DNA of 64,000 nt from an uncultured delta proteobacterium (GCA_963706575.1 CAVPNL010000003.1:192001-256000), one strand, 5' to 3'. Positions 11,131-22,696 are shown, counted from the first letter of the stretch. Numbers and translations are program-made. The notes: generated by a model not told the origin, from the letters alone.

Positions 11131-11661
11131 TCAAAGTACCTCAATAATGATTTTATCATTGGTATAGATGCAAAGCGAAGCTGCGATCTTCATGGCTTCT
11201 TCAACAATACCGCGGGCGCTTAATTCCGTGTGCTGAATAAGAGCTGCGGCCGCGGACTGTGCAGCGACGCCACCGGATCCAATCCCGATGATCTCTTCAT
11301 CAGGTTCAATCACATCTCCATTGCCGGAAATTAGGTACATCTGTTTTTCATCCACGGCGATCATCAGCGCTTCAAGACGTCTTAAATATTTGTCAGTTCG
11401 CCAGTCCCGGGCCAATTCAACCGCGGCCCGGGTCAGATTGCCATTGTAGCGCTCGAGCTTCTGCTCCAGACGTTCAGATAGATGCATGGCATCCGCTGTG
11501 GCACCGGCAAATCCGACAATAATTTTTTCCTGATATATTTTTCTGACTTTTTTGGCGCAATGCTTGATGATGGTGTTATTCAGCGTAATCTGCCCGTCCC
11601 CGGCCACCGCCACTTTGCCTTGACGCCTGACTGCCAGAATAGTCGTACCATGCATATTCAT
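11131..11661 (-). CDS. hslV: ATP-dependent protease peptidase subunit HslV
   Basis: [22 protein letters not shown] and GSGG motifs. Confidence 0.98.
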   Translation of the reverse strand: MNMHGTTILAVRRQGKVAVAGDGQITLNNTIIKHCAKKVRKIYQEKIIVGFAGATADAMHLSERLEQKLERYNGNLTRAAVELARDWRTDKYLRRLEALMIAVDEKQMYLISGNGDVIEPDEEIIGIGSGGVAAQSAAAALIQHTELSARGIVEEAMKIAASLCIYTNDKIIIEVL

Positions 11662-11845
11662 CGAGATCCTCTCAAAGTCTCAAACGCTTATAGCGTTGAT
11701 ATTCAATTATCCGTTGGGGCCATTTAGTCGAACATTGGCTTGGGCATCCAGCGACAAGCCCTGTCAATTATGAGCCAAGTTTCTATATATTTCCATGCTT
11801 TTTTTTAAAAACCGTTGTTTAAAATATCCAACAACCAACCCCCTA

Positions 11846-12787
11846 TCACTTCCTGGGATGAGCCCGGTCATAAGTTTCCATTAGCCGGTCAATGCTCACA
11901 TGCGTATATTTTTGAGTGGTTGAAAGGCTTTTATGCCCTAGCAGTTCTTGCACGGCCCTCAGATCTGCACCCGCGTCCAGCATATGGGTGGCAAACGTAT
12001 GTCGCAGCGCATGCGGCGAAATGGGCGTTAAAAGGCCAACGCTGTCCACCAATTTCGTTAAAATCCTGGCGATGGAACGGGAGCTCAATCTTTTGTGAAA
12101 ACGGTTTAAAAATAAGGGTTCTTCGTGTATAGCAGGCCGGCCGGTCTGTTTTTGATACCGGGTGCGATATGCTTTTATTGCCGCTAAGGCCTTCTGCCCA
12201 ACTGGCACCTTTCGCTGCTTGTTGCCCTTGCCGGATACCTGAACCACTGCCGCCGAAAAATCGACATCAGAAAAATTCATCTGGGATAGTTCAGATACGC
12301 GAATGCCGCTGGAATATAGCGTTTCGAAAATCGCACGATTTCTTAAACCCAGCAGTGTATCCGTCTGGATTGAATCCAGCAGCCGAAAGATTTCGTCAAC
12401 CGAAAGATAGACGGGTAGCGTTTTATCCTGTTTCGGTGTAAGGACGAGTTCGGCCGGATTTTCTGAAATTATGCCATTTTTTACCAGGTACTTAAAAAAA
12501 GACCGAATTGCAGAAAGCTTGCGGGCAATGGTTGCCTTTTTATTTTTGCGGTGCAAGAACCCCAAATAGCCCCTGAGCATAATAGCGTCAATCTGCTTCA
12601 ATTTTACGACTGGCACGCTTTTGTGGCGAGCGCTGCCCGCAAAAGGGGATTCAGCCAAAAAGGAGAGAAAATCCAAAAGATCTTTCCGATAAGCGCGATG
12701 GGTATGATCAGAATATCCCTTTTCAGTGACAAGGGATTCTAAAAACGAATCAATCAAGGGTTTTTCCGGATGGTTTTCCATTTCCAT
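11846..12787 (-). CDS. xerC: Tyrosine recombinase XerC
   Basis: R...K...HALRH...LLGH...Y catalytic residues; conserved xerC-hslVU synteny. Confidence 0.9.
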   Translation of the reverse strand: MEMENHPEKPLIDSFLESLVTEKGYSDHTHRAYRKDLLDFLSFLAESPFAGSARHKSVPVVKLKQIDAIMLRGYLGFLHRKNKKATIARKLSAIRSFFKYLVKNGIISENPAELVLTPKQDKTLPVYLSVDEIFRLLDSIQTDTLLGLRNRAIFETLYSSGIRVSELSQMNFSDVDFSAAVVQVSGKGNKQRKVPVGQKALAAIKAYRTRYQKQTGRPAIHEEPLFLNRFHKRLSSRSIARILTKLVDSVGLLTPISPHALRHTFATHMLDAGADLRAVQELLGHKSLSTTQKYTHVSIDRLMETYDRAHPRK

Positions 12788-12801
12788 ACGGTGTTTCTCT
12801 T

Positions 12802-13374
12802 TTAAAACTCAATGAGCGCCTGCAATTCATCCCAGGAGCCCACTTCCACAAACGGGTGCTGCTCTCGATTCCAGGGCTGACGATAAAGCACCGGCTGCAC
12901 CTCGGCATTCTGCAATAAAAAGCAGGTTTCGAGCCGGTCTTCGACAAAAAATGAAATCCTGCGTTGCTGGAGAATGCCGGCTTTGGCCTCATGTGAACCG
13001 GTGGCAATGACTTCAAATGAGGCCGGATCCAGTTGCAGCGTTTTTTTCATCCAATCCCTTATCGGCCCCAGGTAAGGGCGTGCCGTGATAAAAATTATAG
13101 GGCGGCAATGCCGTTGGATTTTTGCCAAACCTTCGGCGGCACCAGCAATCGGATGCAATGTGGCACTGTAGTTTCCATCCAGTATGCGCCGGACGATGGC
13201 ATCGATGACCTCCGGATCAATATTAAGACATTCCTCCAGTTTGTAAGACGTAATATCATTATATTGGATGCTATTAAGGTTATACTCTTGGCGGGCAATA
13301 TCCAGAAACAACGTCATGGTGTCGGCCACGACACCGTCAATATCAAAGGCCACTGAAGTAGGATCGATCATCAT
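12802..13374 (-). CDS. HAD-superfamily hydrolase (NT5C-like nucleotidase)
   Basis: FDIDGVVAD motif I; ITAR, VEDR and PWN motifs. Confidence 0.8.
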   Translation of the reverse strand: MMIDPTSVAFDIDGVVADTMTLFLDIARQEYNLNSIQYNDITSYKLEECLNIDPEVIDAIVRRILDGNYSATLHPIAGAAEGLAKIQRHCRPIIFITARPYLGPIRDWMKKTLQLDPASFEVIATGSHEAKAGILQQRRISFFVEDRLETCFLLQNAEVQPVLYRQPWNREQHPFVEVGSWDELQALIEF

Positions 13375-13412
13375 CGGTATCCGCTATTAGAGCTTTTCTG
13401 AAAAATACATAC

Positions 13413-13525
13413 AAGTGACCTAAAGTGCCTAAAGTTAATGTATTCTACCATTTTATAAAAAGGATGGAGCGAAGCGAGACCTTAACTTTAGGCGCTCTAG
13501 GCACTTTAGACCACTTTAGTCACTT
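13413..13525. repeat. Inverted tandem microrepeat (CTAAAGTG units, 9-10-nt period)
   Basis: AAGTGACCTAAAGTGCCTAAAGTTAA ... TTAACTTTAGGCGCTCTAGGCACTTTAGACCACTTTAGTCACTT. Confidence 0.8.
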
Positions 13526-13587
13526 CTTATTTGTCTTGCTGCCAAATGAAGTTATTCCTAATTACCCATTAACGAATAACCTACCCG

Positions 13588-14106
13588 CTACGCGGCTGCC
13601 CGCCGTGTCTTTTTTTTGAGTCGGGAAATTCGCCGCTTGAAGATGGTGGCATTCTTCTTATCTTTAGCTTCCAGGGCTTCCCGGCGTTGCGCTTTGAGGG
13701 CCTTGATCTTTTGCTTCAAGTCCGCAATGCTGGCATCGGCTTTTTTTATGGGTTCATCCTTAATGCCCTTTGCCTTTTTTATTTCGACGATCAATTCTTC
13801 TTTTTTCATGGCGTGCACACCCGTAATTCCCGGTATGTCTTTGGCCATCTCCCGCAGTTCTTTGACCGTCATTTTTTCCAGCGGCTTTTCCTTAACAGTC
13901 GATGGTTTCTTCTCGGTTTTGGCCGCTTTCTCCTCGGTTTCTTGCGGCGTCTCTTCGGCTTTGGCCGCTTCCGCCGTGGTTTCCTCCGGTTGATCTTCGG
14001 CTTTTACCGCTTTCTCCTCGGTTTCTTCCGGCGCCTTTTCGGCTTTGGCCGTCTTCTCCTCGGTTTCCTCCGGCTTCTCTTTGGTTTCCTCTGACTTCTT
14101 GCTCAT
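13588..14106 (-). CDS. Protein with acidic 14-aa repeats, a Rho-N-terminal-like HeH domain and a basic tail
   Basis: LEKMTVKELREMAK...MKKEELI Rho_N signature; start at MSKKSEE after a GGAG RBS. Confidence 0.75.
   Translation of the reverse strand: MSKKSEETKEKPEETEEKTAKAEKAPEETEEKAVKAEDQPEETTAEAAKAEETPQETEEKAAKTEKKPSTVKEKPLEKMTVKELREMAKDIPGITGVHAMKKEELIVEIKKAKGIKDEPIKKADASIADLKQKIKALKAQRREALEAKDKKNATIFKRRISRLKKKTRRAAA
13906..14073 (-). repeat. 4 x 42-bp intragenic tandem repeat
   Basis: PEETEEKTAKAEKA / PEETEEKAVKAEDQ / PEETTAEAAKAEET / PQETEEKAAKTEKK. Confidence 0.85.
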
Positions 14107-14283
14107 TTTGCTCTGTTCTCCTTCTTTCTTTCTTTTGTTGAAAGCACAAGCGGAGGCTGCAAAGCCCCCGCCCATGGATCACGCAGATGTGATTCAGTTG
14201 GTCAACTTAAATACGAAACTTAGAACCTTTTGATATCAAATAAAAAAGTCTAATTCAATAACCAAATTCCAATAAGGTGTCAA

Positions 14284-15048
14284 TTATTCTTTGTCGTCTT
14301 TTTCAAAAAGACGGGCAAACGGCTTGAAAAGCTCAATGGGTATTGGAAAAAACGTCGTCGTATTGCTTTCGGTAGACATCTCGTTCATAGTTTGCAAATA
14401 TCGTAGCTGTAAGGCCGTGGGATGTTTCTCGATGATCACGGAGGCCTCCGCCAATTTGCTGGCCGCTTGGAATTCGCCTTCGGCATTGATCACCTTGGCC
14501 CGTCGTTCCCGCTCAGCCTCAGCCTGCCGAGCAATCGCCCGCTGCATCTCCTGGGGCAAGTCAATATGTTTCAGCTCCACCGTGGCGACTTTAATACCCC
14601 ACGGATCTGTATGCGTGTCCAGGATCTCTTGGAGCTCGGCATTTATCTTATCCCTTTCCGACAAAAGCTCATCCAGTTCAGATTGACCGCACACACTCCT
14701 CAAGGTGGTCTGGGCCAGCTGGGACATAGCGTAACTGAAATTTTCAACTTCCACGATCGCTTTGACGGGCTCGATCACTCTGAAATAGATAACCGCATTG
14801 ACTTTTACTGATACATTGTCCCTAGTAATCACGTCCTGGGGATCCACATCCATGACCACCAGGCGCAGGCTCACCTTTACCATTTTATCAATGAGCGGAA
14901 TTAATATGATTAGGCCCGGGCCTTTGGCGGCGATTACCCGCCCCAGTCTGAATATCACGCCGCGTTCATATTCGTTGAGTATCCGTATCGCTGCCGAAAG
15001 GAAAAAAATGACAAGCACAAGGATGGCAATGGGGGTAAAGTAGCTCAT
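14284..15048 (-). CDS. SPFH/stomatin (slipin) family protein
   Basis: [17 protein letters not shown] and [10 protein letters not shown] motifs. Confidence 0.93.
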   Translation of the reverse strand: MSYFTPIAILVLVIFFLSAAIRILNEYERGVIFRLGRVIAAKGPGLIILIPLIDKMVKVSLRLVVMDVDPQDVITRDNVSVKVNAVIYFRVIEPVKAIVEVENFSYAMSQLAQTTLRSVCGQSELDELLSERDKINAELQEILDTHTDPWGIKVATVELKHIDLPQEMQRAIARQAEAERERRAKVINAEGEFQAASKLAEASVIIEKHPTALQLRYLQTMNEMSTESNTTTFFPIPIELFKPFARLFEKDDKE

Positions 15049-15181
15049 GCGATCCTCCTTTTATGGGTAGTTCGGTAAATGGTTTTGTGTATGGATATGA
15101 CTTAGCATCTTAGACGGTAAATCTCAAGCTTCCTTTGCCGCATGCCAGGGCTGAAAATTATGAACAGCGGTATAAATCGGG

Positions 15182-16477
15182 TTAAGCACTGGAATCCTCA
15201 TCCAACGGCTCGACCTCCAGCATCAAATTCACGACATTAACGACCCGAACTTTGACGCCTTCATCAATCGCCTTTTCAGCTTTGGCATTCCACAGTTCAC
15301 CATGAACAAATACCTTGCCTTCCGGTGTCAGCGCTTTTTTGACAATGCCGATTTCCCCCACCAGCCCCTTTGTTCCGGTCCTGGGTTTGGCCATTTGCGC
15401 ACGAAACACCAGCCCGGCAACAAAGACAAAAAATCCGGAGATCAAAATGATCGTGGGCAGCAGGACCTTTAACGACAATCGCATATCCGGGCCGCTATCT
15501 TTAAACATCATTAATGACCCTAAAAGCAACGAGACGATACCGGCCACACTTAAAAGTCCGTAGCTGGAAATCTTCATCTCCATAATGAAAAAAATAATTG
15601 CCAGAATAATCAACAATATTCCCGCATAATTAACCGGCAAGGTCTGCAAGGCAAAAAAAGCCAGAACCAGGGCAATTCCACCGATGACCCCGGGAAAAAT
15701 CGCACCTGGGTGGGACAGTTCGAAATAAAGCCCGGCAAATCCAATCATCAGCAAAATATAGGCGATGTTGGGATTGCTGATCGTTTTTAAAATCTTGGTC
15801 CGCAGGCTCGGTTTAACAATCACTTTCTCGGCCTTATCCAGCGTGATAACGCCTTTGCCCTTGATATTGCGGCCCTTGAGTTGCCGGATGAGATCATCGG
15901 TGTCTTTGGCAATCAGATCGATGATATTTTCCTTTAGCGCCTCTGTTTCGGTTACCGAAACACTTTCCCGGATGGCCTGCTCCACCCATTCTTTATTGCG
16001 CCCGCGTTCTTCGGCAACACTCTTGGCATGGGCGACCATATCATTGATCACCTTTTCCGACATCTTGCCGCTGATATCCTTACCGCCGGCGCCAACGGGA
16101 TGGGCCGCTCCGATGTTGGTACTGGGCGCCATGGCGGCAATGTCAGCCGCCATGGTAATCATGACACCCGCCGAGGCCGCCCGGGCTCCGGAGGGCGATA
16201 CATAGACAACTACCGGCACTTTACTGCCAAGAATATCCTGAATGATCAGTCGCATGGATTCGGCCAGCCCGCCGGGCGTATCCAGTTCAATGATAATACA
16301 GGCCGCTTCTTCTGCTTCGGCCTTTGCAATGCTGTTTTTGATAAATTCCGCAGTCCCCGGACTGATGGCATCGGCGACTTCTACAATGTAAATATCGCCT
16401 TTGGCAGCTTGGGCCGTCTGAAAAATAAAAAAAACACAAAGAGGTAACAACAGGGCAACCAAATATTTAAGTTTCAT
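15182..16477 (-). CDS. nfeD: NfeD-family membrane-bound serine protease (long form)
   Basis: LDTPGG and AASAG motifs, C-terminal GELW OB-fold; paired with slipin. Confidence 0.92.
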   Translation of the reverse strand: MKLKYLVALLLPLCVFFIFQTAQAAKGDIYIVEVADAISPGTAEFIKNSIAKAEAEEAACIIIELDTPGGLAESMRLIIQDILGSKVPVVVYVSPSGARAASAGVMITMAADIAAMAPSTNIGAAHPVGAGGKDISGKMSEKVINDMVAHAKSVAEERGRNKEWVEQAIRESVSVTETEALKENIIDLIAKDTDDLIRQLKGRNIKGKGVITLDKAEKVIVKPSLRTKILKTISNPNIAYILLMIGFAGLYFELSHPGAIFPGVIGGIALVLAFFALQTLPVNYAGILLIILAIIFFIMEMKISSYGLLSVAGIVSLLLGSLMMFKDSGPDMRLSLKVLLPTIILISGFFVFVAGLVFRAQMAKPRTGTKGLVGEIGIVKKALTPEGKVFVHGELWNAKAEKAIDEGVKVRVVNVVNLMLEVEPLDEDSSA

Positions 16478-17168
16478 ACGGATATTCCTTCATTAACATC
16501 TTCATATCTCCCCACACATCTCGCTTTTTTTCGGTATTGCGCAGAAGATAAGCCGGATGGTAAGTTGGAAGCAATTTTATTCCTTTATAATCATGAAACC
16601 GCCCTCTGAGTCTGGAAATGGGTGCGGTTGAATTTAAAAGCGTTTGGGCTGCGACAGAGCCCAGTGCGCAGATAAAGTCCGGCCGGATGGCTGCAATCTG
16701 GCGATCTAAAAATTGAAAACAGGTTTTAATTTCTTCGGGCTGCGGGTTACGGTTTTGCGGCGGGCGACACTTGACAATGTTACAAATGTACACCTGTTCT
16801 CGGCTCAGGTGAGTGGCTTCGATAATTTTGGTCAGCAACTGTCCCGCCGGACCGACAAAAGGTTTACCCTGCTGATCTTCTTCAAAACCAGGACCTTCCC
16901 CGACAAATATGAGTCTAGCCGAGGAACTGCCGGCGCCGAAGACAATGTTTTTACGACCCTTGGCAAGCCTGCAGCGTTGACAATCTCCCAGGTCCAGACG
17001 AATATCCTGCAAGGTTTCGCAAAGAAGCTGAGGTGACACGCCCCAGTCTGCCAGTTTTTCAAGACTGCCGGCGCTGCAGTCAAACCCCCGATGCCCTTTC
17101 GCTGCTAAATCTTGAAAAGTATGCGTTAACGCATCGATGGTTTCTGTTATTTGAAATCTTGCTGCCAC
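16467..17168 (-). CDS. Family 4 uracil-DNA glycosylase (4Fe-4S)
   Basis: CxRCxL, GEGPG, KCRPP and YHPAYLLR motifs. Confidence 0.93.
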   Translation of the reverse strand: MAARFQITETIDALTHTFQDLAAKGHRGFDCSAGSLEKLADWGVSPQLLCETLQDIRLDLGDCQRCRLAKGRKNIVFGAGSSSARLIFVGEGPGFEEDQQGKPFVGPAGQLLTKIIEATHLSREQVYICNIVKCRPPQNRNPQPEEIKTCFQFLDRQIAAIRPDFICALGSVAAQTLLNSTAPISRLRGRFHDYKGIKLLPTYHPAYLLRNTEKKRDVWGDMKMLMKEYPYET

Positions 17169-17177
17169 TGCAAATTG

Positions 17178-18416
17178 TTATCGCCCTTTTATTGTGCGTT
17201 TCTGAGCTGCTGCAGCGCTCAAACCCATGGCAACCATCCGATCGAGCAGTATGTGGGCAACCTCCATTTTGTCCATTGTGGGCAATGATTCGGTGGTGCC
17301 GTCTTTGAAAAAAAGCGTCACCGTGTTGCTGTCGGACTCAAAACCGGAATCCGCCGACCCCACCAGATTGCCCACAATGATATCGAGGTTTTTTTCAGCC
17401 AGTTTTTGGGTGGCGTTTTTTTTCAGCTCTCTGGTTTCGGCTGCGAATCCCACCAGGACCTGGTGTTTCTTTTTCTGGCCAAGCGTCTTCAAAATATCTT
17501 CATTTTGCTGCAGCCGCAAAACCATTTCGCTTTTTCCCTTTTTTATCTTATGGGTTTTACTTTCTTTGGTCCTGTAATCGGAAACCGCTGCGGACTTGAT
17601 AATCACATCCGCTTTGTCCATTTGCTGAAAAACCTGGTGGGCCATCTCCTCTGCGCTACGAACTCTGATCGTGGTCACATTCATCGGATCGATCAGATGC
17701 GTCGGGCCGCTAATAAGGGTAACTTCAGCGCCGCGATGCTCTGCCGCTCTGGCAACGGCGAAGCCCATCTTTCCCGATGAAGGGTTGCTGATGAATCTTA
17801 CAGGATCGATGGGTTCGATGGTAGGGCCGGCGGTGACAAGTATTTTTTTCCCGGCCAGATCCTTGGGTGACAGGCAACCAAGAAATCGATCAAAAATTTC
17901 TTCCGGTTCGGGGAGTCTTCCCGGACCGGAGGTTCCGCAGGCTAGCTGACCGGAACCGGGTTCCATTACAACATATCCATCGGATCTGAGGGTGTCAAGA
18001 TTTCGCTGAACCGCTTGGTTTGCATACATGTGGGTATTCATGGAAGGGCAAATCAAAACCGGTGAAGTGACCGCCAGCATAAAGGTGCTCAAGTGGTCAT
18101 CGGCAATACCGTTTGCCAACTTTCCAATCATATTTGCGGTGGCCGGGGCAATAATAACACCATCGGCCTCGTTAGCCCAATCAATGTGCCGGAAAGACGC
18201 TTCACTGCCTTCTTGGAACATATCCTTAAAAACCGGCTGACCCGACAAGGCCTCAAATGTCATGGCCCCGACAAACCGCTGTGCGTTTTGGGTTAAAATA
18301 ACCCGCACCTCGGCATTCGCTTTTTTTAAGAGCCTTAAAATTTCAATGCCTTTATAGGCCGCAATACCGCCGCAGACAGCCAATATCACTTTTTTATTTT
18401 TAATTCCGTTCATCAT
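17178..18416 (-). CDS. coaBC: Phosphopantothenoylcysteine decarboxylase/ligase
   Basis: GGIAAYK, PATAN, DPVRFISNPSSGKMG and GFAAET motifs. Confidence 0.97.
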   Translation of the reverse strand: MMNGIKNKKVILAVCGGIAAYKGIEILRLLKKANAEVRVILTQNAQRFVGAMTFEALSGQPVFKDMFQEGSEASFRHIDWANEADGVIIAPATANMIGKLANGIADDHLSTFMLAVTSPVLICPSMNTHMYANQAVQRNLDTLRSDGYVVMEPGSGQLACGTSGPGRLPEPEEIFDRFLGCLSPKDLAGKKILVTAGPTIEPIDPVRFISNPSSGKMGFAVARAAEHRGAEVTLISGPTHLIDPMNVTTIRVRSAEEMAHQVFQQMDKADVIIKSAAVSDYRTKESKTHKIKKGKSEMVLRLQQNEDILKTLGQKKKHQVLVGFAAETRELKKNATQKLAEKNLDIIVGNLVGSADSGFESDSNTVTLFFKDGTTESLPTMDKMEVAHILLDRMVAMGLSAAAAQKRTIKGR

Positions 18417-18510
18417 GGCAAGTGGTTTACATTTTCATCTAAAGACCCATCGAGCCTTATAAATCAGGCGGACAGGGCAAGTGGCGGCTTTACGCCAAGT
18501 GGATTGTTGG

Positions 18511-18996
18511 TTATTTTAACAGGCCGGTTTTGATGTCCTTGGCGGTTGGGGCCACCCAAATTTCAACATAGGTACTAAACCGTTCGTCGGTGATACTCAT
18601 TACGCACCAGCGATGGGCTTTTTGAAACAGCAGCATGGTTCGTTCGGACTTAAACGAGCTGATCAAATGCCAATTATCCTTGGTCATGTTGTTTTGAAAA
18701 AAAGATATTAATGAACTGGTTTCAATACGGCCTTTTAAAACCAGTACGCCGGCCGAAAAACCCTCTGTTTGATAAATAAAAGATGATTTTTTGTCGACCT
18801 TGAGTTCTTTGGGAACCAGAACATCGCCAAAATCATAATACAGGGCCGGCACCCCGGAACCGCTTTCCGCTGAGGGTGCTGTCGCTTTGTTGTCCTTTTG
18901 GGTTAACGACGAACAGCCGCCGATTGAAAAGATCATCGCGATCATCAGCCCTAATACGACCGGCCACATTCTTTTTGGTGCCTCAATGTTTGCCAT
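18511..18996 (-). CDS. Conserved hypothetical lipoprotein
   Basis: Signal peptide with lipobox IGGC; GGAGG RBS. Confidence 0.75.
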   Translation of the reverse strand: MANIEAPKRMWPVVLGLMIAMIFSIGGCSSLTQKDNKATAPSAESGSGVPALYYDFGDVLVPKELKVDKKSSFIYQTEGFSAGVLVLKGRIETSSLISFFQNNMTKDNWHLISSFKSERTMLLFQKAHRWCVMSITDERFSTYVEIWVAPTAKDIKTGLLK

Positions 18997-19005
18997 TTGT
19001 CCTCC

Positions 19006-20208
19006 TTAATTTAATTCTGATTGAGCAAGATACCATTTATAAGTGCTTTTAATCCCTTCTCGCAAACTGATACGGGGCGCCCATCCCAGCCGGGTTAAGC
19101 GGGATATATCCAGCAGTTTGCGGGGGGTGCCATCCGGCATCGAGGCATCCCAGCTGACATCACCTTCATAGCCGACGACTTCCTGCACGATTTCCGCCAG
19201 CTCCGCGATATGAATATCTTTGCCGCTGCCCACATTAATATGAGACACCTGATTTCGCTCTTTGGGCCCGGAATTCGACGAACCCGGGTGCCTTCCGCCC
19301 TGCGGCCGGCCCGTCTGTTGTGCGGGCAGGGCACAGGCAGCCGCATAAGCATCATCCCCCAGATTAAATAAAAACAGGCAGGCTGAGGCCAGATCATCGA
19401 CATGTAAAAATTCCCTTTTGGGCCGCCCGCTGCCCCAAAGGCGAACGGCAGGTGGCATTCCAGAATCGAACTCCCGGGTAGGGGCAGGTTTCTTCAATCC
19501 ATCGAGAAAATCAGCCGAAATGGTGCCAAATAAAGCCTGGTCCTTTCGAATGCTTTCCCAATCCTTGCTGCGGGCAAGTTTGGCCAGATGAAATTTGCGG
19601 ATCAAGGCCGGCAGAACGTGTGAGTTTCTCAGGTCAAAATTATCATGAGGCCCGTAGAGATTGGTGGGCATTACCGAACGGTAATGCGTCCCATACTGGC
19701 GGTTGTAAGACTCACACAGCTTGATGCCGGCTATTTTCGCAATGGCATAGGGCTCATTGGTGGATTCCAGGCTACCGGTTAAAAGCTGCTCTTCCCGCAT
19801 CGGCTGTTCAGCATACTTGGGGTAAATACATGAACTGCCCAAAAATAACAACCGTTTCACCCCCGATCGGTAAGCTGCATGAATCACATTGGCCTGGATC
19901 ATGAGGTTTTCAAAAATAAACTCGGCCCGATAAGTGTCATTGGCATGGATGCCGCCCACCTTTGCTGCGGCCAAAATAACCGCATCGATTTTTTCATGTT
20001 CAAAAAAATGGCGCGCCGCGGCTTGATTGACCAGGTCCAGTTCGTCATGGGAGCGGGTGATGATGCGACGATAATTGTCGGCCTGCAAGCGGCGGTAGAT
20101 CGCAGAACCGACCATCCCCCGATGACCGGCCAGAAAAATGGGGGAATGCCGCGACAAAATGCTTGAATGCGCCTGCACACCGGAAATTTGTGATTTGGGT
20201 TTGGTCAT
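19006..20208 (-). CDS. fcl: GDP-L-fucose synthase
   Basis: [21 protein letters not shown] and PDGTPRK motifs. Confidence 0.95.
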   Translation of the reverse strand: MTKPKSQISGVQAHSSILSRHSPIFLAGHRGMVGSAIYRRLQADNYRRIITRSHDELDLVNQAAARHFFEHEKIDAVILAAAKVGGIHANDTYRAEFIFENLMIQANVIHAAYRSGVKRLLFLGSSCIYPKYAEQPMREEQLLTGSLESTNEPYAIAKIAGIKLCESYNRQYGTHYRSVMPTNLYGPHDNFDLRNSHVLPALIRKFHLAKLARSKDWESIRKDQALFGTISADFLDGLKKPAPTREFDSGMPPAVRLWGSGRPKREFLHVDDLASACLFLFNLGDDAYAAACALPAQQTGRPQGGRHPGSSNSGPKERNQVSHINVGSGKDIHIAELAEIVQEVVGYEGDVSWDASMPDGTPRKLLDISRLTRLGWAPRISLREGIKSTYKWYLAQSELN

Positions 20209-20241
20209 GTCTTTTGATATCGCTTATTTAACTGCCGGGCA

Positions 20242-21330
20242 TTATTCGGCCTGTTTGTAGGTTTGAAAGCCTTCTTGCAAACACAGCTCATCTTTTTCCG
20301 CCTCTAATAGATCCATGGCCACCATTTCTTTTACCAATTCCGCAAAGGTGGTTTTGGGTTCCCATCCCAGCTGCTGTCTGGCTTTGGAGCTGTCTCCCAG
20401 CAACGTATCGACTTCCGTCGGACGAAAATAACGCGGGTCAATGCACACCAACTCGCTGCCGGTTTTTGCATCAATCCCTTTTTCTTTCAGCCCCTGCCCT
20501 TCCCAGTGAATGGAGATGCCCGCCTCTTTGGCGGCCAGTTCGATGAATTCACGCACCGAATGCTGTTTGCCGGTAGATATAACATAATCATCGGGCCGGT
20601 CCTGCTGGAGCATCAGCCACTGCATTTCGACATAATCCCTGGCGTGGCCCCAGTCCCGGCGGGCATCGAGATTGCCGATGTAAAGCTTTTCCTGCAAGCC
20701 CTTGCTGATGCGTGCCATGGCACGTGTGATTTTGCGGGAAACAAAGGTTTCACCCCGAATGGGGGATTCATGGTTAAACAAAATACCATTGCAACCATAA
20801 ATTCCATACGCTTCGCGGTAATTGACCGTAATCCAGTAAGCATAAAGCTTGGCTACGCCATAGGGCGAACGGGGATAAAAGGGTGTGGTTTCAGTTTGCG
20901 GTGTCTCCTTGACCCGCCCATAGAGTTCGGATGTCGAGGCCTGGTAGAAACGGGTCTTATCAATCAGATTCAGTATGCGAATGGCCTCCAGCAGACGCAG
21001 TGTGCCGAGAGCATCTGCATTGGCGGTATATTCAGGGGTTTCAAAGGAAACCATCACGTGGCTTTGAGCGGCCAGGTTATAAATCTCATCGGGCTGGATT
21101 TCCTGGATGACGCGGATCAGGTTGGTTGCATCGGTAAGATCTCCATAATGCATGAAAAACCGAACATCTTGCTCGTGGGGATCTTTGTATAAATGGTCCA
21201 CTCGTGCGGTGTTAAACGAAGACGCCCGGCGTTTGATACCGTGAACTTCATAGTTTTTGTTCAGTAAAAACTCGGCCAGATAGGCGCCGTCCTGACCGGT
21301 AATTCCGGTTATAAGCGCACGTTTCATCAA
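20242..21330 (-). CDS. gmd: GDP-mannose 4,6-dehydratase
   Basis: GITGQDG, SPYGVAK and [12 protein letters not shown] motifs. Confidence 0.98.
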   Translation of the reverse strand: MMKRALITGITGQDGAYLAEFLLNKNYEVHGIKRRASSFNTARVDHLYKDPHEQDVRFFMHYGDLTDATNLIRVIQEIQPDEIYNLAAQSHVMVSFETPEYTANADALGTLRLLEAIRILNLIDKTRFYQASTSELYGRVKETPQTETTPFYPRSPYGVAKLYAYWITVNYREAYGIYGCNGILFNHESPIRGETFVSRKITRAMARISKGLQEKLYIGNLDARRDWGHARDYVEMQWLMLQQDRPDDYVISTGKQHSVREFIELAAKEAGISIHWEGQGLKEKGIDAKTGSELVCIDPRYFRPTEVDTLLGDSSKARQQLGWEPKTTFAELVKEMVAMDLLEAEKDELCLQEGFQTYKQAE

Positions 21331-21337
21331 TTTCTCC

Positions 21338-21404
21338 TAACGATAACCGAATTTAGCGATAAACGCTAAATTAGGCGTTAATCGTTATTCGTTATTTGTT
21401 ATTA
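21338..21404. repeat. Short AATAAC-family inverted repeat with an internal hairpin
   Basis: TAACGATAAC...AATTTAGCG/CGCTAAATT...GTTAATCGTTATTCGTTATTTGTTATTA. Confidence 0.6.
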
Positions 21405-22351
21405 GAGTTCGATGACAGGGTCCTGAAATAGTTTATCGTCTCCTCAAGTCCCGCCTCCAACTGCGTATGCGGTTTCCATTTCAGCTTATCCATTGCCAGT
21501 TTAATGTTGGGTTTACGCTGTAGCGGATCATCCTGCGGCAGCGGTTTAAAAACAATTTTCGCCTTGGATTGGGTAAGTGAGATGATCTTTTCCGCCAGTT
21601 CTAGAATACTGTACTCTTGCGGATTTCCCAGATTTACCGGTCCGGTAAAATCCTCGGGGATGTTCATCATCCGGATCACCCCCTCGATCAAATCATCGAC
21701 ATAGCAAAAAGAACGGGTTTGCTTCCCGTCACCGTAAACCGTGATATCTTCATTGTGTAAGGCCTGCAGTATAAAATTACTTACCACCCGACCGTCGTTG
21801 GGGTGCATCCGCGGGCCATAGGTATTGAAAATCCGGACAATCCGGATATCGAGCTGGTGCTGCCGATAATAGTCAAAAAAAAGCGTCTCAGCACATCGTT
21901 TGCCTTCATCATAGCAGGAGCGGATTCCCACACAGTTAACATTGCCCCAGTAATCTTCGGTCTGCGGATGCACGGTAGGATTGCCGTATACCTCGGATGT
22001 GGAAGCCTGTAAAATCTTTGCTTTCGTGCGCTTGGCCAACCCGAGCATGTTGATGGAGCCATGCACATTAACTTTGGTGGTTTGTACCGGGTCATTCTGA
22101 TAGTGAATCGGTGATGCCGGACAGGCAAAATTATAGATTTGATCGACTTCCAGATAAAGTGGAAATGTGATGTCGTGCCGGATCAGTTCGAAGTAAGGAT
22201 TCTCCAGAAGATGAACAATATTTCGTTTGGTACCGGTATAAAAATTGTCCACGCAAACCACGTCACAATTTTCTTGCAGCAGGCGTTCACAAAGAAATGA
22301 ACCCAGAAACCCCGCCCCGCCGGTCACCAGAACTCGTTTTCGAAGATGCAT
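21392..22351 (-). CDS. UDP-glucuronate decarboxylase (UDP-xylose synthase) family SDR
   Basis: [23 protein letters not shown] and YDEGKR motifs; start moved to MHLRKR. Confidence 0.92.
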   Translation of the reverse strand: MHLRKRVLVTGGAGFLGSFLCERLLQENCDVVCVDNFYTGTKRNIVHLLENPYFELIRHDITFPLYLEVDQIYNFACPASPIHYQNDPVQTTKVNVHGSINMLGLAKRTKAKILQASTSEVYGNPTVHPQTEDYWGNVNCVGIRSCYDEGKRCAETLFFDYYRQHQLDIRIVRIFNTYGPRMHPNDGRVVSNFILQALHNEDITVYGDGKQTRSFCYVDDLIEGVIRMMNIPEDFTGPVNLGNPQEYSILELAEKIISLTQSKAKIVFKPLPQDDPLQRKPNIKLAMDKLKWKPHTQLEAGLEETINYFRTLSSNSNNK

Positions 22352-22574
22352 GCGATTCCCTCTACCTGTTAAGTGAGATTGATGATGGCATTCGAGTGCA
22401 CCAGCCGTTTTGTAAGCATTTAAAATGATTAGCATATAAATATATCATAGAGGCCCTATAATTAGCAATAGCCTTTGGATAGACAAGGTTCTTGTAATCT
22501 CGAAGTCGATTTGCTATGCGAATATCATATTTAAATATTTCACGCGTAGCCCAACGGGCTCCGGACGATCAACT

Positions 22575-22650
22575 GCCCCCGTAGCTCAGTGGATAGAGCA
22601 ATGGATTCCTAATCCATGTGCCGCAAGTTCGATTCTTGCCGGGGGCACCA
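22575..22650 (+). tRNA. tRNA-Arg (anticodon CCT)
   Basis: GCCCCCG acceptor stem, D-arm TAGCTCAGTGGATAGAGC, anticodon arm ATGGA-TTCCTAA-TCCAT, GTTCGA T-loop, encoded CCA. Confidence 0.97.
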
Positions 22651-22696
22651 GGCGTCTTATAAAAATTTATATAAAAATAAAGGAGTTATATTTACA

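Noticed and set aside
11846..12787. Phage or ICE integrase
   Set aside because: Length, motifs and hslVU synteny fit chromosomal XerC
20506..21192. Long antisense ORFs (this one, 7964-8551 in an alternate frame, and similar)
   Set aside because: Shadows of well-conserved genes with no recognisable motifs
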